Below are positions 13,743 through 28,306 of a stretch of 64,000 bases of DNA, in pieces. How positions within the stretch are numbered: the stretch's first letter is position 1; each line of letters begins with the position of its first letter. The DNA lies in assembly GCF_009914755.1 (NCBI RefSeq), contig NC_060926.1; one strand, 5' to 3'. The notes beneath the pieces are model-generated. The model was not told the DNA's origin and made no database searches. It worked only from the letters and a program-made list of their open reading frames with translations. Source of the stretch: the human T2T-CHM13v2.0 reference genome, Homo sapiens. A program made the position numbers and the translations under genes.

Positions 13743-15091
13743 CTAGACCTGAGAAATCTTCCTTGTAAGGTGTCAGGTCCAGGCATTACTTCTGCCCCTC
13801 ATCCCAGGCTCCTTTCTCACTGATGAAGGGGACTCTCTCAGTGAACCCACCATTGGCTGCATCCCTCCAGCAATCTCTTTCATTTTCTCCTCTCCTCTCC
13901 CCTTACTTACTATTGTCTGTGAACTTGAATAGATTTATCTGAACTCCAATTTTTGGCCAGAGTTCAATTATTTCTTTTTCTGTGCATGTTTGTGTTTTTG
14001 TTTGTCTGATAGACTAGTAATGATTTCCATAAAGGTTCGTAAGAGGTATTTGTGTGAATTTGTTGAGTATATTGATTCTTTTTCTCTTGGAATGGGGCAG
14101 TAGAAATCTTTGATGTCCTTTTCTATATTTATTGGACCACCTGAGTTTACCAGGAGTGCTGGTGAAGTGTTTCCAGCCCACTGAATGTTTTTGATATTAA
14201 TTCGAAATGTACATCTAACTTGATTTAAAAAACCAAAACAATGGCTCTGCAAAATGAAAAGTAAAAAACCACCCTTGATCTACTTTGTTGAGTAATCAAT
14301 CCCTTCATTTCTTCCCCATAAGTTAACATCTGGTGGATGCCAGCCTTGATTTACATGCTTATCTGTTCATTCATTATTAAAGTGAAATAAAGACCTGAAA
14401 GTGTCTATGTAAACAAGATACATGATATTTTTGTCCATGTAAAAAGTTCATTCTTCTGTATTTTTTCATCATTCAAATTTTGCACCAAAACAACATGTTT
14501 TCCATTACAGTAGTTTTATAGTCAGTTTTTATATCTGGTAAGGTAATCATGATAAATATTCATCTTTTAAAAAATAATCCTTGATATTCTTACCTACTGA
14601 TTTTTAAATATGGATTTATAATAATTTTGTCCTCAGAACCACCACATCAAGTTATCACTAACAATTAAGTTATACCCATTGTATTGGAAATAGTGATAGC
14701 TTTGTAAAATTTCATCTTTCCATTCAGGTATATGTAAGTATATATCTTCATTTATTAAAGTGTCCTAGTACGATTTGCTAGTCAGGGCTCACCAGAGAAA
14801 CATAATAAACAAGACATATATCTATTACCTATGTTGACCCATAAAGGTACCCATTGCAATACGATTTTTCAAATTTCTTCAAATCTTGTGCATATTTTCA
14901 AAGTTTATTCCATAATAGTTCATGTTTTTGCTTGCTGTTATAAATTATGATGCCTTTCTCACATTATGTTTTTAAAGTATAACATTCTGGCATAAGTAAT
15001 GCATATAAAACTTGTAGAAAAGTTCTTGGCACATGGGAAAGTCTTAATGAATACTGTTGTTCTGTGTATATTTATTATGCATCTAGGCACC

Positions 15092-15453
15092 TGTCTTAGT
15101 CCATTTTATGCTACTGTAACAGAATACCACAGACTAGGTAATTTATAAAGAGCAAAACCTTATTTCTACACTTCTGGGGGCTGAGAAGTCCAAGAGCATG
15201 GTGCCAGCATCTGGTGAGGGTCTTCGTGCTGTGTGATAACATGGCAGAAGTGCAAGTAAGAATGAGAAATAGAGAGGAAATTGGGCCAAACTCATCCTTT
15301 TATGAGCCCACTCCCAGGATAACTAACCCACTTCTACAATAATGGCATTAATCCACTGACCTAATTACTTCTGAAAGTCCCCACTTCTTAATAACATTAC
15401 AATTGGAATTAAGTTTCAACAAAAATTTTGGAGGGAACATTCAAACCGTAGCA
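15092..15453 (-). mobile_element. MaLR solo LTR (MSTC/D or MLT1A-like)
   Basis: TGTCTTAGTCCATTTTATGCT..AACAGAATACCACAGACTAGGTAATTTATAAAG...AAGTCCAAG..ATGGTGCCAGCATCTGGTGAGGG...ACATTCAAACCGTAGCA. Confidence 0.88.
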
Positions 15454-15574
15454 ACACTTAATACTCTCATACTAGTTTTAAAATTTCCTTTTCTTAACTA
15501 TTTTTTCTTATAGTTATAAATAATATAATCTAGAAATAAGTTTAATTTTTACCCATTATTTCAATAAATGCCTT

Positions 15575-16003
15575 GACAAATGGAATTACCTGAAAGTAAA
15601 AATCTTCTGCATGGCCAAAAAAAAAAAAAGAAATGAAGAGACAACCCACAGATTAGGAGAAAATATTTGCAAATCATACATTGGGTAAGAGGCTAATATA
15701 AATAACATATTAGGAACTCAAACTACTCAACAACAAGAACCCAAATAACCCTATTATAAAATGGGAAAAGGACTCAAATAGACATTTCTGGGAAAAAAAA
15801 AAAGCATACAAATGACCAGCAGAAATATTAAAAAGGATCAATATCTCTAATCATCATGGAAAGGCAAATTAAAACCACAATAAAAATAACCTCATACCTG
15901 TTAAAATAGCTACTATCAAAAAGATGAAAAAGCAAGGGTTGGCGAGGATGTGGAGAAAAAAGAGTGCTTATACTCTTGTACACTGTTGGTGGGGATGTAA
16001 ATC
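15575..16003 (+). mobile_element. L1 (L1M/L1PB-age) ORF2 3' fragment
   Basis: GAAGAGACAACCCACAGA..GGAGAAAATATTTGCAAATCAT..AATTAAAACCACAAT..TACACTGTTGGTGGGGATGTAAAT. Confidence 0.88.
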
Positions 16004-16561
16004 AATAAATGCATTGCTTATTGTTTTGGCTGTATCCTCAAAAACACATCTTAATAATATTAATAAAAGAAGACATCTTGGTCTTCTTCCTGAGAATAAG
16101 GGGAACCCTATTATTGCATGTTAATTTTCTCCACTAAATTCCCTTTGTTTTATTTAGGGACAGTTTTTGCCTTGTTTATCCTGGCCTCTTTCATACTTTG
16201 TATTTTTCTCATTTTCAGGTCACCCTTAGTTGTCTATTTTTAGCAATGTGACAATAAAAGCCGTTTGGTAACTCTTCGTACACGGACAGAGCTTTTAGTC
16301 TGATGGACTTTACTGAAGAGTGATGGGGATGGGAAATTTTTGTGATGCTGCCTCAAATGTCAGAAATTGGGGACTTTCAACTTCTCCAGCTTTTAAATCT
16401 CGTTGACTCCTTTGTTTGAAAGCATTACCCGGGCCTTCAGGGGTGTTGCACACAGGGTGTGTGCAGAATTAACTATACAGACTTTAAACGACTCCCTTTT
16501 GCTGTCAGGCTCATGTCTTGTTCCTTCTTTTTCTTCTATACCTTGTACCTAATGTTTCTGA

Positions 16562-16928
<367 letters not shown>

Positions 16929-17129
16929 AAATTCTAATAAGTCTTTAAATTAATAATTTTGTTAGCAGCCTGATTTAGAGCCTTGTAAGATGTGAAAACA
17001 TTATTTAATTTCTAATTTTTCTAAAAGCTTTTAAAATTAGGAATTTCAACGCCTTTAGGAAACTCTTGAATTTTCTGATTGTTTTTATTATTTACCGATG
17101 ATTCAACTTTTCCTCCTCATTCTCTAATT

Positions 17130-18030
17130 CTTCAGCACTAATTGAGTATTCGCTGTGCTGTAGATGCTTCTTAGAGAATACAAAACTAAGTAGAAGATAC
17201 CCTGGGCCATCACAAAGCTTTTAATATAATTGAGAACCTGTTTAAACAATTAAGTATAATTAAATAAGTGTAAAATAGATGTACGGGGAAAATGCTGTGG
17301 GGATCAAAGGAAGAAGCAATTAATTAGAAATGAGGATATTAGGGAAAGTTCCACATCGCTGTTGTCATTTGGGTTGGAATTTGAAGCATGAGAATCTATT
17401 TTCTATAGTACTAATAGGGAGTTGTGATGGGCTTGCAGCAATATTCTGGGCCAAAGGAACAGTGAGAAAAAACCAAAAGTGTGGGGAAAAAAGTGAGAAT
17501 ACATGGATAATGGCAAATAACTTTCTCTGGTTGTTCTCTAAGCTGTATGGAAGAGGAGATGTATTTCAAAGTTGAAGGGGTCAGATTAATGAAAGCCTTG
17601 AAGGACTTTTGTCTTTATGCCATGTGTGTGGACATTCAGACTTGTCAAATAGTTTTTACAATAGCAACATGATCAAAACTCTGCTTTACAAAGATAAATC
17701 TGGGGAAAGTGTAAAGGATGGATTGGCAAGGTGAAAGATCAGAAGCAGGGAGCCTGGTAAAAGGCCTGAGTTCAGAAAGAGATTAATAGAGCCCAAACTA
17801 AGGCATTGGACATAGTAACTGGAAGAAAGGGATAGATAGGAGAGTCACTGGGAATATATAATTGATAGAAATCACAAACTCATTGGAAATAAGGGCTAAT
17901 ACAAAAAAAAAAGCAGAAATGAAGAATACATCAAGCTTTCCAGCCTGAGTAACTCGAAGAGTTGCAGGATGATTCCCCAAAGTAAACACAAGAAGTGAAC
18001 AGAAGAGAATAAAGGAAAGGTAATAGGATG
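17130..18030 (-). mobile_element. L2 fragment
   Basis: Antisense L2 text (TTGAGTATTCGCTGTGC, GGGTCAGATT..GAAAGCCTTGAA, CAAGCTTTCCAGCCTGAGTAACT). Confidence 0.65.
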
Positions 18031-21000
18031 CTCCTAAAAGATACCATGTCAGGAAGTACCACTCAAAGCTTCTTTGGTCACAGGAAGGAAAAACTTCCCT
18101 CCACTTTGGAGTAGTCAAAATTTCTCCATGTGGAGCAAAGTTCTAGCTTCATTATATTGGTGCTATAACTAAGAAGTTACAGAATTTGATGAAGAATAGC
18201 TGGGAGACTTTAACTTAGGCTGTAATGAAAAACCAGATTACAGATACCTGAATAATAAAATGCAATCAGAAATGGTGGCTCTCCAACAAAGACAGTGACA
18301 CTGAGGGTGAGGTTTACACATACACACAAATACACACACACACAACACATGAACACGTACTCACTTGTAGTAGGCCATTTATGGTGGGAAAATTGCATTA
18401 ATAAGATCGTGGGTGGTCTTCAACCCAGGACTGAAAGGCAAAATTGAGTCTGCCTTGGAATCACCATTGATCTAAAATTATGCTGGAATGCAACTGTGCA
18501 TGACTACATAACTTAAGTTTGTGCCAAGGAAAGGTGACCCTAAGCTTTTTTCTTCCATCCGTTCAGAACATGCAGAGACACCCACCTAATTTCTTGGATG
18601 CTTTAATCATGGCCATGGATCAGTCTGTTATTCTGACTCCTCCTGGGCCACTGTGGAGTGGTGCTGGCTGTGTCCTTAAAACAGAGGAAACTCTTCTGGG
18701 AGGGGAAGTTGAATATCCAGCACTAAAAGTGCTGCCCTAACTCTAATCCACACTGGGCTCTCCCAGAGGCATGGTGTCAAGCAAAACAAGGGGATGGGGA
18801 TGGGGGTACATGACTTCTTCTCTTGTGGCTGGAATTTCTCTAAGAGTTAAACTTTGCCACTCTGATTCCTAAAAAACCTACTTCCCGAGGGCAATAATGT
18901 GGCCTCTAGAGAAAATAAACAAGGGCAGAAATGCATTCTTTCTGAAAAGAAGAATTTCTCTGTGTCTCTTTGAGTATCCGCTTTCACCAAATGATCCATC
19001 CACCTTATTTAGATTGAGCTAATATAACTATCAGCCATAATTTGCTAATTTACCTTTTTTGATTTCCTGATCAGGGTGAGTGTCCCCTTCTAAAAATCTT
19101 CAAGCCACTTGTTCTTTGGATATATCAAGTTTTCCTTTCTCTCACCTGCCATCTACTACACTTCTTGAAATTTTCCATCCTTAGTTACATTAATTAGTCA
19201 AGAATTTCCTTGATATTGATTTTGTAACCACACTATAACTTTGTTAACACATTCTTCCACAGTATAATTTCCTTTGGGTACTACCATGGCCTGGGGAAGA
19301 TCCTATAATGGAGAGACTCTGAGTGAGGACAACAATAATAAAATTTTGCAGTTAGTCCAAAGACTTATGGATGAGAAACTTCAGAACATTTCTGTGGTTA
19401 CCTCTGCAGCATTAGGCAAAAATCTAACCTCTGATCTTCAGATGGTAGACTATTAGGGCTGGGCTGATGTTACACAGCCGCTTGGTGTGGGGGCCAGGGT
19501 TTTAGGTAAGGCACATGCCCTTGAAGGCCTTAAAACATAGAATGCCTGGTCATGCAAGACACAGCAAGCTGGTAGGACCTGGCCTCTGTCCTGCTTGGTA
19601 TGGCATCATGAAAAAAATACTATGCCTGTCTGTACAACAGATCAGTGTCTCCTTAATAATAACCAATTTTGTTTTTAACAGAAAGTAGTTTATATACTGA
19701 AGGTGTTAGTCATTATAATCTTTTATAATCCCTCACTTTTGTATAGTACTTCTCAGTTTATAAAACTCTGCACACACTTGATCTCATTTAATCTTCCTAT
19801 GACCTCAGGCAGTATACCTTATTAACCTCCCTTTGTAAGTGTGATGACTTAGAACCGTGGAGATTAAAGCACCTTTTCCAGGTCTTTTGCTCCTCCTCCT
19901 CGAGTACTTTGTCCAGTAAACCACAACTGCCGCATGGTCAAGGACCTGGATAGTTGGTGCAAGCCTCAAGGCTGGCTTGGAAACATCCATCAGCAGAGTT
20001 TCTCTTGATATTTCTTTAGAACTAGGCTGGATGTCCTTGGTCATCACGTTTCTACTGTCACATGTACACATTCTTTCCCTCCTTGCCTTAGTTAGAAACT
20101 GCTTACCCCTCCAATCTCAGCTGAGTTGTTGGTCCCTTTTGGAAGCTCTCTCTGACTTCACTTACTTCCACCTCATCCTATACTCTCTGCACCGTAACAA
20201 ACTTCTCTCTTGTGTAATTATGTGATTAATGTTTATGTCCCTTGGAAGCCCTTGTATGTCTATTGAGTAAGAAAAATCTGTTTTTGTTCGTTGTTACGTC
20301 TCAGTGCCCAACAGTTTCTACCCCATAATAAGCACTCAATATGTATGTTTTTAAATGGTTGAATGAATAATTAAGTCTTACTTGAATAAGTTCACCCATT
20401 TGTTGGAAAAGCAATAATTTAATAATCTGGTACTGGAAATGTTTTTAAAGACTTTTTCTCCAACTAAGCAAATTTTCTTATTGTGAAACAGACCATGAAT
20501 CCAATTCCCCTGGTACTTAAACTCTTTCATGGAAGTAAATGAAGCTACATAAAATTAGTTAAGTCAAGCAGAGGAATATTTAAGAAGTTTCAGTTTGAAC
20601 ACATAAAACTAGTTTCATCCAGAATGAATTATTGAATTTATCAAAGATGTCAAGCTTTTTTTCCCCAAGAAGGCTAGCCACAGAAAGACTTCCATACCAG
20701 TGGATTAAATTAATTTCCAAGTATACATTTCAGTTTAAGGTAAAGGTAAATGTATCTCAATTGGCCCAAAACATAAGTGTCAATTTATGAGGTACTTGTC
20801 TGGCATGCACAAGCTTTTCTCATGAGGATGCTAAATCATGAACTGACAATCTGATTTGTCCATTTTGTCTTTGATGCTAATGCTGTAGCAGGAATGCATA
20901 CTCATATTGTTATTTGTAGGAAATCTCTCACAGAGTAGTTTGAGTGGTGACACAGAATTTATTGTCTTTATCCATGCTTTTAATAACACTAACAGACAAT

Positions 21001-21254
21001 TCAGTGAGAGCTGGTGCAATTCCCAATGTGCAGACAGAATAAATGAGGCAAATCACAATTCATCATCAAGAATTAGATGAGCCAGAAAAATGCCTTTGGT
21101 GAAACAAGTTTCTTGCACTGACCTGTGAGAGGTTTGACTGTGAAATTTTGTCTTCTTAAAAAAGTGAATTTGCAATGAAGGAGTATCTGTAGAATAAAAC
21201 CAGTGAAGAGCTATAGGAAGCAGCACAGAGATTGCTACATGACACCCCTATTGC

Positions 21255-21590
21255 TCTAGTGGGAGGCAGCCCAATAGAAAGGGAAGACTGGGAGCTGGGA
21301 GACCTGGGTTCCAGTTCTGGTTTGCAGCAACTTTCTGACTAATCATTGGCAAGTCACTTTACTACTCTGGCTCACAGTTTTTATACCTATAAAATGAGGA
21401 AAATAAATTATGTATGGCTCCAAATGTGAAATTGCTGCTTGGTTGCATCAGAAGGCCCGGGGACTTTTTAAAATGCAGATTCCTGGCTGCTTTCCAAGAC
21501 TTAACAAATCAGAACCTTTAGGAGAAGAGTCAGAACTTGGGAATCAATATTTTTAATAGCTGCATAGATGATTCTTGCAAATTAATGAAA
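21255..21590. mobile_element. MIR followed by MER5-like hAT MITE
   Basis: GAGACCTGGGTTCCAGTTCTGG..GGCAAGTCACTTTA..TATAAAATGAGG; then AAAATGCAGATTCCTGG..AATCAGAACC. Confidence 0.7.
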
Positions 21591-21740
21591 TACAGCTTGA
21601 ATACTTTCAGCCACAGATTGTAAGCTCTGGCTCCTTCATTCAACAACCTAATCACAATCCATATCTCCAGGGCAGCAATGGAGACTGTGGTGGTGTCTCT
21701 GGTTTTGACTTAGCACAACTGTTCATCAGGATGTATCGCC

Positions 21741-22037
21741 TGGGATGGTTAATGTGTACAAAAAATAGGTAGAAAGAATAAGTAATAACTACTATTGATA
21801 GCATAACAGGTTGACTATAGTCAATAATAACTTAATCTTACATTTTAAATAACTAAAAGAGTATAATTGGAAGGTTTGTAACACAAAGAATAAATGCTTG
21901 AGGGAATATATATCCCATTTCCTATGATGTGACTATTTCACATTGCATGTCTGTATCAAAACATCTCATATACCCCACAATTATATGCACCTCATATGTA
22001 CCCACAAAAATTAAAAATTTGAAAAAATTTGAAAAAG
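21741..22037 (+). mobile_element. L1MA (MA2/3-like) 3' UTR
   Basis: GGGATGGTTAATG..GACTATAGTCAATAATAACTTAAT..TGTATCAAAACATCTCAT..TATGTACCCACAAAAATTAAAA. Confidence 0.88.
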
Positions 22038-23759
22038 ATGTACTGCTTGGATTTTCTAGGCAATGCATAATTTGAGGAATATAGAGCTAAACTATTGTTA
22101 GTCTCTTCAGGGTCCATAAATGTCATAAAATAGAAATGGGACATAGCTCTGCCAACAAAGGAGACCCATGGAAAGCTTTTGAGATGACTGTCATTCACAA
22201 CTTGCATCTTAGGAAGTTATCTCCTGTAGTAGGTTGGTGGACTACCTGTTGCTGCAACCTAGGCAATGGGTCATGAGCACCAGAACCAGGGCAGTGATCT
22301 ACTGCATACCTAAACCAAGCCAAAGACTGTCAAGCCGACCCTATAGCCTTTTAGAATGAATGGTGGCACTTCAGAAGCACGTGTGTGTGTGTATGTGTGT
22401 GTGTGTATTTTTCTGTAGGACTGTGTTTCTTACATATTTAAGGACATTTGTGCTCTTTCAATATACCTAGATGTGGTGTATGTATGTACATGTGTTTAAG
22501 CAGTTTTGGTGGTGTTTTGGGATATGGGATCCAGAACTGCTAGAAATTCCAGTGGGAATTTGAATTGGAAAAGTGATAATTTTCAGACTTGTATTTCTTT
22601 CATTTAAACAACTGACTCATAGTTAAGACATACTTTCAGCATACTGTGTATAATTAACTTTGTTTCCTGTGAAAACCTTTATATTTTGAATCAAGATAAT
22701 GCTTTTGAATGAAGACCTTTTGGCACAACATTTTAAGAATCAAAATGATGATTTTTAGTGTTAAAATCTTTACATTTCAAAGTAGTAAGAGTTGTATATT
22801 GAAGCTAGAATTTTTTAAAGCCAATTCATGTTTGGGTATTTAGCTCATCTTGGCTTTTTTTTTCTTGTTGTACCTCCTAATTGATAGTTTATCCTGATAC
22901 AAAAGATAAAAATTTAAACCTGTTTATGCTAATATGCAATAACTAATTTACTATTGCATCTTAATTTCTGCTCTCAAAATCTTGTTTTAGGGATCTTCTG
23001 GGTTGTGGAAATCTCTGTAAGATGGTTTTGGTCTAAGCTGCTTGGTTACCAAGATGTCAGTTCAAGAACTAATGACAATTGATATTCATGATTGTACTTG
23101 TTTCAGGCAATCCACGCTATGGTTGCTTGAAGGTCTTCCAAATGGCAGCCTTCTCTAGGCAATATTGTCCACTCTGTTATGCTATCAACGAAAGACTGGC
23201 TTTTCTCTTTGGCTCCACAGAAATTTATTGAGATAACATCATGAGATCATTGCTATACCCAGTGCTTTTAGACAGGGATCTGTGAGCTGCCTGGAAACAC
23301 AGAGCCAACAACAGGCTTCATTTGAAATCTCACAGTTGAAATATGTGATATATTAAAGTTCACCTTGCAGGTGTGAGCATTCGGATCACCAACGCTGTGA
23401 CCTCGCTGTGTGAACGGGAGCTACTACAGGAAGGAAGCTTACAAATGAGCTGCATGGATCCCACATTTTGCTAAAATCAAATAGGACCTTTCTCCTCTTT
23501 GTTGAATGCCGTAATACACAAGAAATAAGCCAGCAGGATGCTCATGTCCAAGGTACTCATTCTTTTCACCCAATTCAAAGAGAGCCAGTTTCATCACTTT
23601 TATTCTACAAGAAAAATTTCACCATAAGACAACCAGTTTCCCAAAAGAAAGTGAAATCTTTTATCTTAAGAGAGTAAAAAGTAAATTTTTTCTATGTATT
23701 TTAATGAAGGGTTTCTATTCAAACAACCCTTGCTTCTCATCAGAAGTTGTCCTTATATA

Positions 23760-24270
23760 GGAGAAATTACCTGGACTTTGGTGTCAAACAGACCTCAGTT
23801 CTAATCCTAAATCCAGAACTTAATAGCTTTTGCCTTTTTATATCACGTATGTGCTGAGCTTCTATTGTGTAATTCATGAAACAGAGATAATAATAATACT
23901 TTATGAGACTGTTTTGAGGATTAAATATTAATAAAAAAGCTACTGTACTCAGGTTGTGTAAGCCTATGAGTACCACTTAAACAAATTCCCAAATTGTCTC
24001 AGGAATAGGTGTGCATGTGTGTTAATACGTGTGCATGTGAACGTTTGTAGTAGAATAAGTATGGGATGGGCACTGGAGACTTGGGTTTCAGGCTCTCTCT
24101 CTCTCTCTGTCCTACTGTCTTCTGTCTCTGTCTTTGTCTTAGCCTCAGTTTCCTCATCTTTAAAAGGAATATACCCCAGGCAGATGTCATGATGACTAGT
24201 TGAGATGATCTACGTAAAGTACCTGGAACATGGCCAACACTCTATGGAAATACTAGTTTTCTTCCCCTTT
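23760..24270 (+). mobile_element. Two MIR copies
   Basis: GGACTTTGGTGTCAAACAGACCT..; GCCTCAGTTTCCTCATCTTTAAAA. Confidence 0.65.
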
Positions 24271-26834
24271 TCCCGGTATACCTTTGCATATGGAGAGAAA
24301 GGGGGAGCAGGAGAAAATTAAACGTTGTATATTTCACACTTGCAAAATGATTTCTTAATTATGCTGATGATATTGAACATCCATTGCTTACTTTGAACAG
24401 TGAAAATCACTTATACATGTTTTCTCCCGTAATTCTTACTCCAGCCCTTTTTGAGAGATGCTGGTACTACCTCTGTTTTATAGATAGCAAAGTTCAGAGG
24501 TTTAGGTCACTCACCTGAGATTGAACATGGGTCTCCCGGATTCCAAAGCCAACCAAAGTGTTCAAGCGTTTGCTTTTCTGCTCCCCTAACCAAGCTTCCT
24601 TGTCCTTTATTCATGAGTATTTTGTTTGCTTTTTGTTTTGTTTTTGTTTGTTTGTCTTTTTCTAATCTTTAAATCTTTAAATTTAGACCAGGAAGAGAAC
24701 TGTCTTAAAAATACAGTCAGGACTAACCTCAGCTGTCTTTAGACCTGTGCTAGTCCAGAAGGTATCATTATTTTTCAGCCTGAATATTTGATTGTTGCTT
24801 TTATAAGTACATAATTGAGATGCACTGAGGAAAAAAAGACAGCACTGCACTTTCTCATTTGCTTTGCAACAAAGGTAGATGGTTTGAAGAAGCCTTGCCC
24901 TTCAATGATTAGGCAGCTTGTATGACTAATAAGAATATTGTCCCTAAAGGAAAGTGGAACATCTTACAAATACAAGAGCACTCAATTAGAGTTTTAAATT
25001 AGAATGTAATTATGTGGTTTTTTTCTCTTTTTTTGAGGAAGAAAAAGAGCTTTTAATCTTTTAGGTGGCTTATTTTGGTGAAAAAACAATTTTAGGAAGT
25101 GTTTAAATTTAAAAAGCTACTCTGCGTCTTGTTTAATTTTGGACCTAGTCCAGTCCCTGAAGTACTAGAAGCAGATAAGTTTGCTTATACCTGGCTTTTT
25201 AAGCCACTTCATTTTATAATTCAAAACAGGGATGAGCTGTTGATATGGATTACTGCACTCAGTATAATGAAATTGTCAATATGCTTTGAGATGCACGGCA
25301 TGTAATCAGACATGTAGAGAAATAGCCCATTCAGTCCCTGAAACAAAAGATTTGCCTTTGAGACCATGACTGTACAAAAGCAACCATGCTCTTTATTTAG
25401 GAAATAAACTGGAATGGGGTAGTTTTCTCAACGTGAAACCAAATGTACTCTTTGACCCAAAGCACTCTCCTTTATAGTTTCCATGGACATTCTCCAGGTG
25501 GATAAATAAAAGGTTATTGTTTGATTATGGTAGGTCAGGCTCTTGTCTTGTCTGATCAATAATATTATACTTCCTATGACTTTAGAGAGAAGAACAACAC
25601 GGACGATAAAGACCAATGTGGTTATTTGTAAATCTATTCTTTTGAAAGGTTTCCCTTTATCTACCACACGAGTTGGCATGAAACAACTTCTGGGGTTCAA
25701 ATCTTCTGAACAATGATACAAGTCTTGGCAAATTTCAAGAATAATTTAAAGAGGAAATAAATAGCTTTTTGTTTAACTTGGATCAATTATCTCCTATTGG
25801 TAAGTCTCTTTTCCCATCCTGTGTATTTCTTGTCTGCTCTATCATTTGAATGTTTTCTGATAAGAACATTAGTAGAAGCTATCAACTGGACCCTGCAATG
25901 TTCTGGGTATGGTTGTAAATGCTTTACACTTATATTTTATGTAATGCTTTAAATTTTGTGAAGGTAGGTTTTGTTTCTCCATTCTATGAATGATTGAAGA
26001 GATAAAGTGACTCGTAGTTTCCATAATGATTATATGGTAGAAGTCAGGTTTACCCACCTTTACTCTTAATCATACAGATGTACTCATTAAGGATTGCTCT
26101 TAATCATACAGGTAGACTCATTAAGGGTTATGAGGTGGGGTCTAGCTCATTCTGCCCTTGTTCTTTGCAGTCAGCCCCATCACCAATTACTGGCTATGCT
26201 TTTCTAAAGCCAGTCATGCCAACACAAATTTGGTTAGGATAAGTTTCCTAGAATCCTAGAAATTCAGAGTTTCAAAAAATGCTAGAGGGCACAGGATCCA
26301 ATTCCTTATATATACTTGTGAGAAACTGAAGACCAGGAAGGCAAACAAGTAAATAAAACAACAACAAAAAAACCTTGTCACGATTCACTCAGATGGTAGG
26401 TGGCAGGACTGAAATTAATACTCCTTTCTGCTGTGTTCAAATCACTCTGCCTCCATATTACTAGTGATATATTTGCATCTTTACTTGTTCCTAAGGATAC
26501 ATTGCAGAATTTTGCATCATTTTTCAAGTTCTGTTTTTTTTTAAACTATGTAGGAATTTTAAAAACTCTTGTTGAGAAAATAATTATAGATGAAAACACA
26601 AATAACTGGAACGCTATTTTGAGACATCTCAAACCAGAGTAGGAGGCTGAAAGTAACAAAGTAAACAAGCCGTTGAATACAGGAGCTGGGAATAGTGTTA
26701 AAAAAATCATACTGTTCAAAGTTTCTGAAAAATGCTCAGGTAGTGGGATGATTAGTGGGTACATGATGGGTTTTTGGTTATATCAACAAAATTATAGCGT
26801 TGATTTGATGATATTAGTATATATGTGCACACGT

Positions 26835-26837
<3 letters not shown>

Positions 26838-26870
<33 letters not shown>
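26838..26870. repeat. (TA)n microsatellite
   Basis: Direct reading. Confidence 0.95.
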
Positions 26871-26873
<3 letters not shown>

Positions 26874-28306
26874 TGTATGTATCTATGCATATTTATGTGT
26901 ATACATTTTTTCAGCTCCCAGCTTCATGCCAGGTACTCTCCACTGTGCCTGGGAAATATGAATCCCTGCCCTCATGAAAAAACATTGGCCCTGAGGATTT
27001 TCCCTACAACCCAAGAACTATTTGAAGTTTGAAGTCTTTCAGCCCAGACAACACTGGCTATTTTCACCTTTGCCTTCAACTATAAAGGCTGGGCTCTCTC
27101 TGCAGGAGTGGGTAAGTACAGCCCGTGGTGGAGAAGAGAGAAAAAGTCTTTCAGTGCAGTACAGGCTCTATCACAATAGATGGGCCTTATTAGCCATTCT
27201 CAGCCTCATAGATAATGTAGTCGTGGATGGCATGGTTTGATCTAGTGAAGAATTGCCCAGGAGATTGTGTTGACATCTGAGATTTATTTTAATCCTTTTT
27301 TGCAGATTTTGTAACGAGCATTGTAACAAAGTACGCCAAAGAATCATTACATATCTTATAAAATCTTAATAATACAAAAATTAGAAACGTTTTTCATGCA
27401 TACGTTCAATTTGTTCAAAGTCCTGATTTCGCTTTGCTGATTAGCATACAGTGCCCTGTGAGGGGACCCTGCCTTTAAGACATCATGCTCCCTGGATTGC
27501 GATGTATATTTTTAAATGAGTAGTATGCATATTATGTTTACAGGTCGCTACTGTCAAATCATATAGTTTGAACTAAATGATGCAGAATGGACACATACCT
27601 ATGTACATGGGTTCTTTTTTTTCACTTATTCACTAAATCCTTATTGACTGTCCAGCTTGAGCATTAAAAATAAAGTGAAAAAATAAGCCTTCAGAAATAA
27701 AGAGATATTTCCACTGTGGAGCAGAAGATGTATTATGGGGATCTGTCTGGAAAAGTAAATGATTCCTACAAGGGCATGCAGCCGGAGGAGCGGCTGTAGC
27801 AAGAATGTAGGACCCAGGGCTGGATGCATGCCTTCTTTCCTTGAGTCCACACTGAATAGTTGTGTGATCCCAAGCAAAGCATTCCATCATTTTGACCTTC
27901 TTTCCTCAACTGGAAAATGAGATTAATCTTACCTACTTTATAGTGCTATTGTGAAGATGAAAGGGAATATTGTATGCAAAATTACCTAGCACAGAGGAGA
28001 TAGCCAGTAAAGTTTTTCGCTTTTTCCCTTTCTGTTATTTAGTGGTAAGATCTCAAGCAATTCAGTATCCTGAAAATGCAGTGTATGGCACATAGGTCAT
28101 TGCAATACATTTCCTTCATGAAACTCTTCCTGGCCCTGACTTGGCGTCTCATGCAATGTCCTTCATTTCTCCTCCCCTCTCCCAACCCAGAAGTCAGGTT
28201 GTTTGTTTGTTCTTTCCCCAGATTTCTGCTTTCTTCATCCTCCAGGCTTCCTTTTCTCTTGAGCATCTATTTGCTTCCCTTTCCTTTCTACAGCATTTTC
28301 TTACTC

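Noticed and set aside
18789-18807. GGGGATGGGGATGGGGG as a G-quadruplex
   Set aside because: Only three G-tracts; no canonical intramolecular G4
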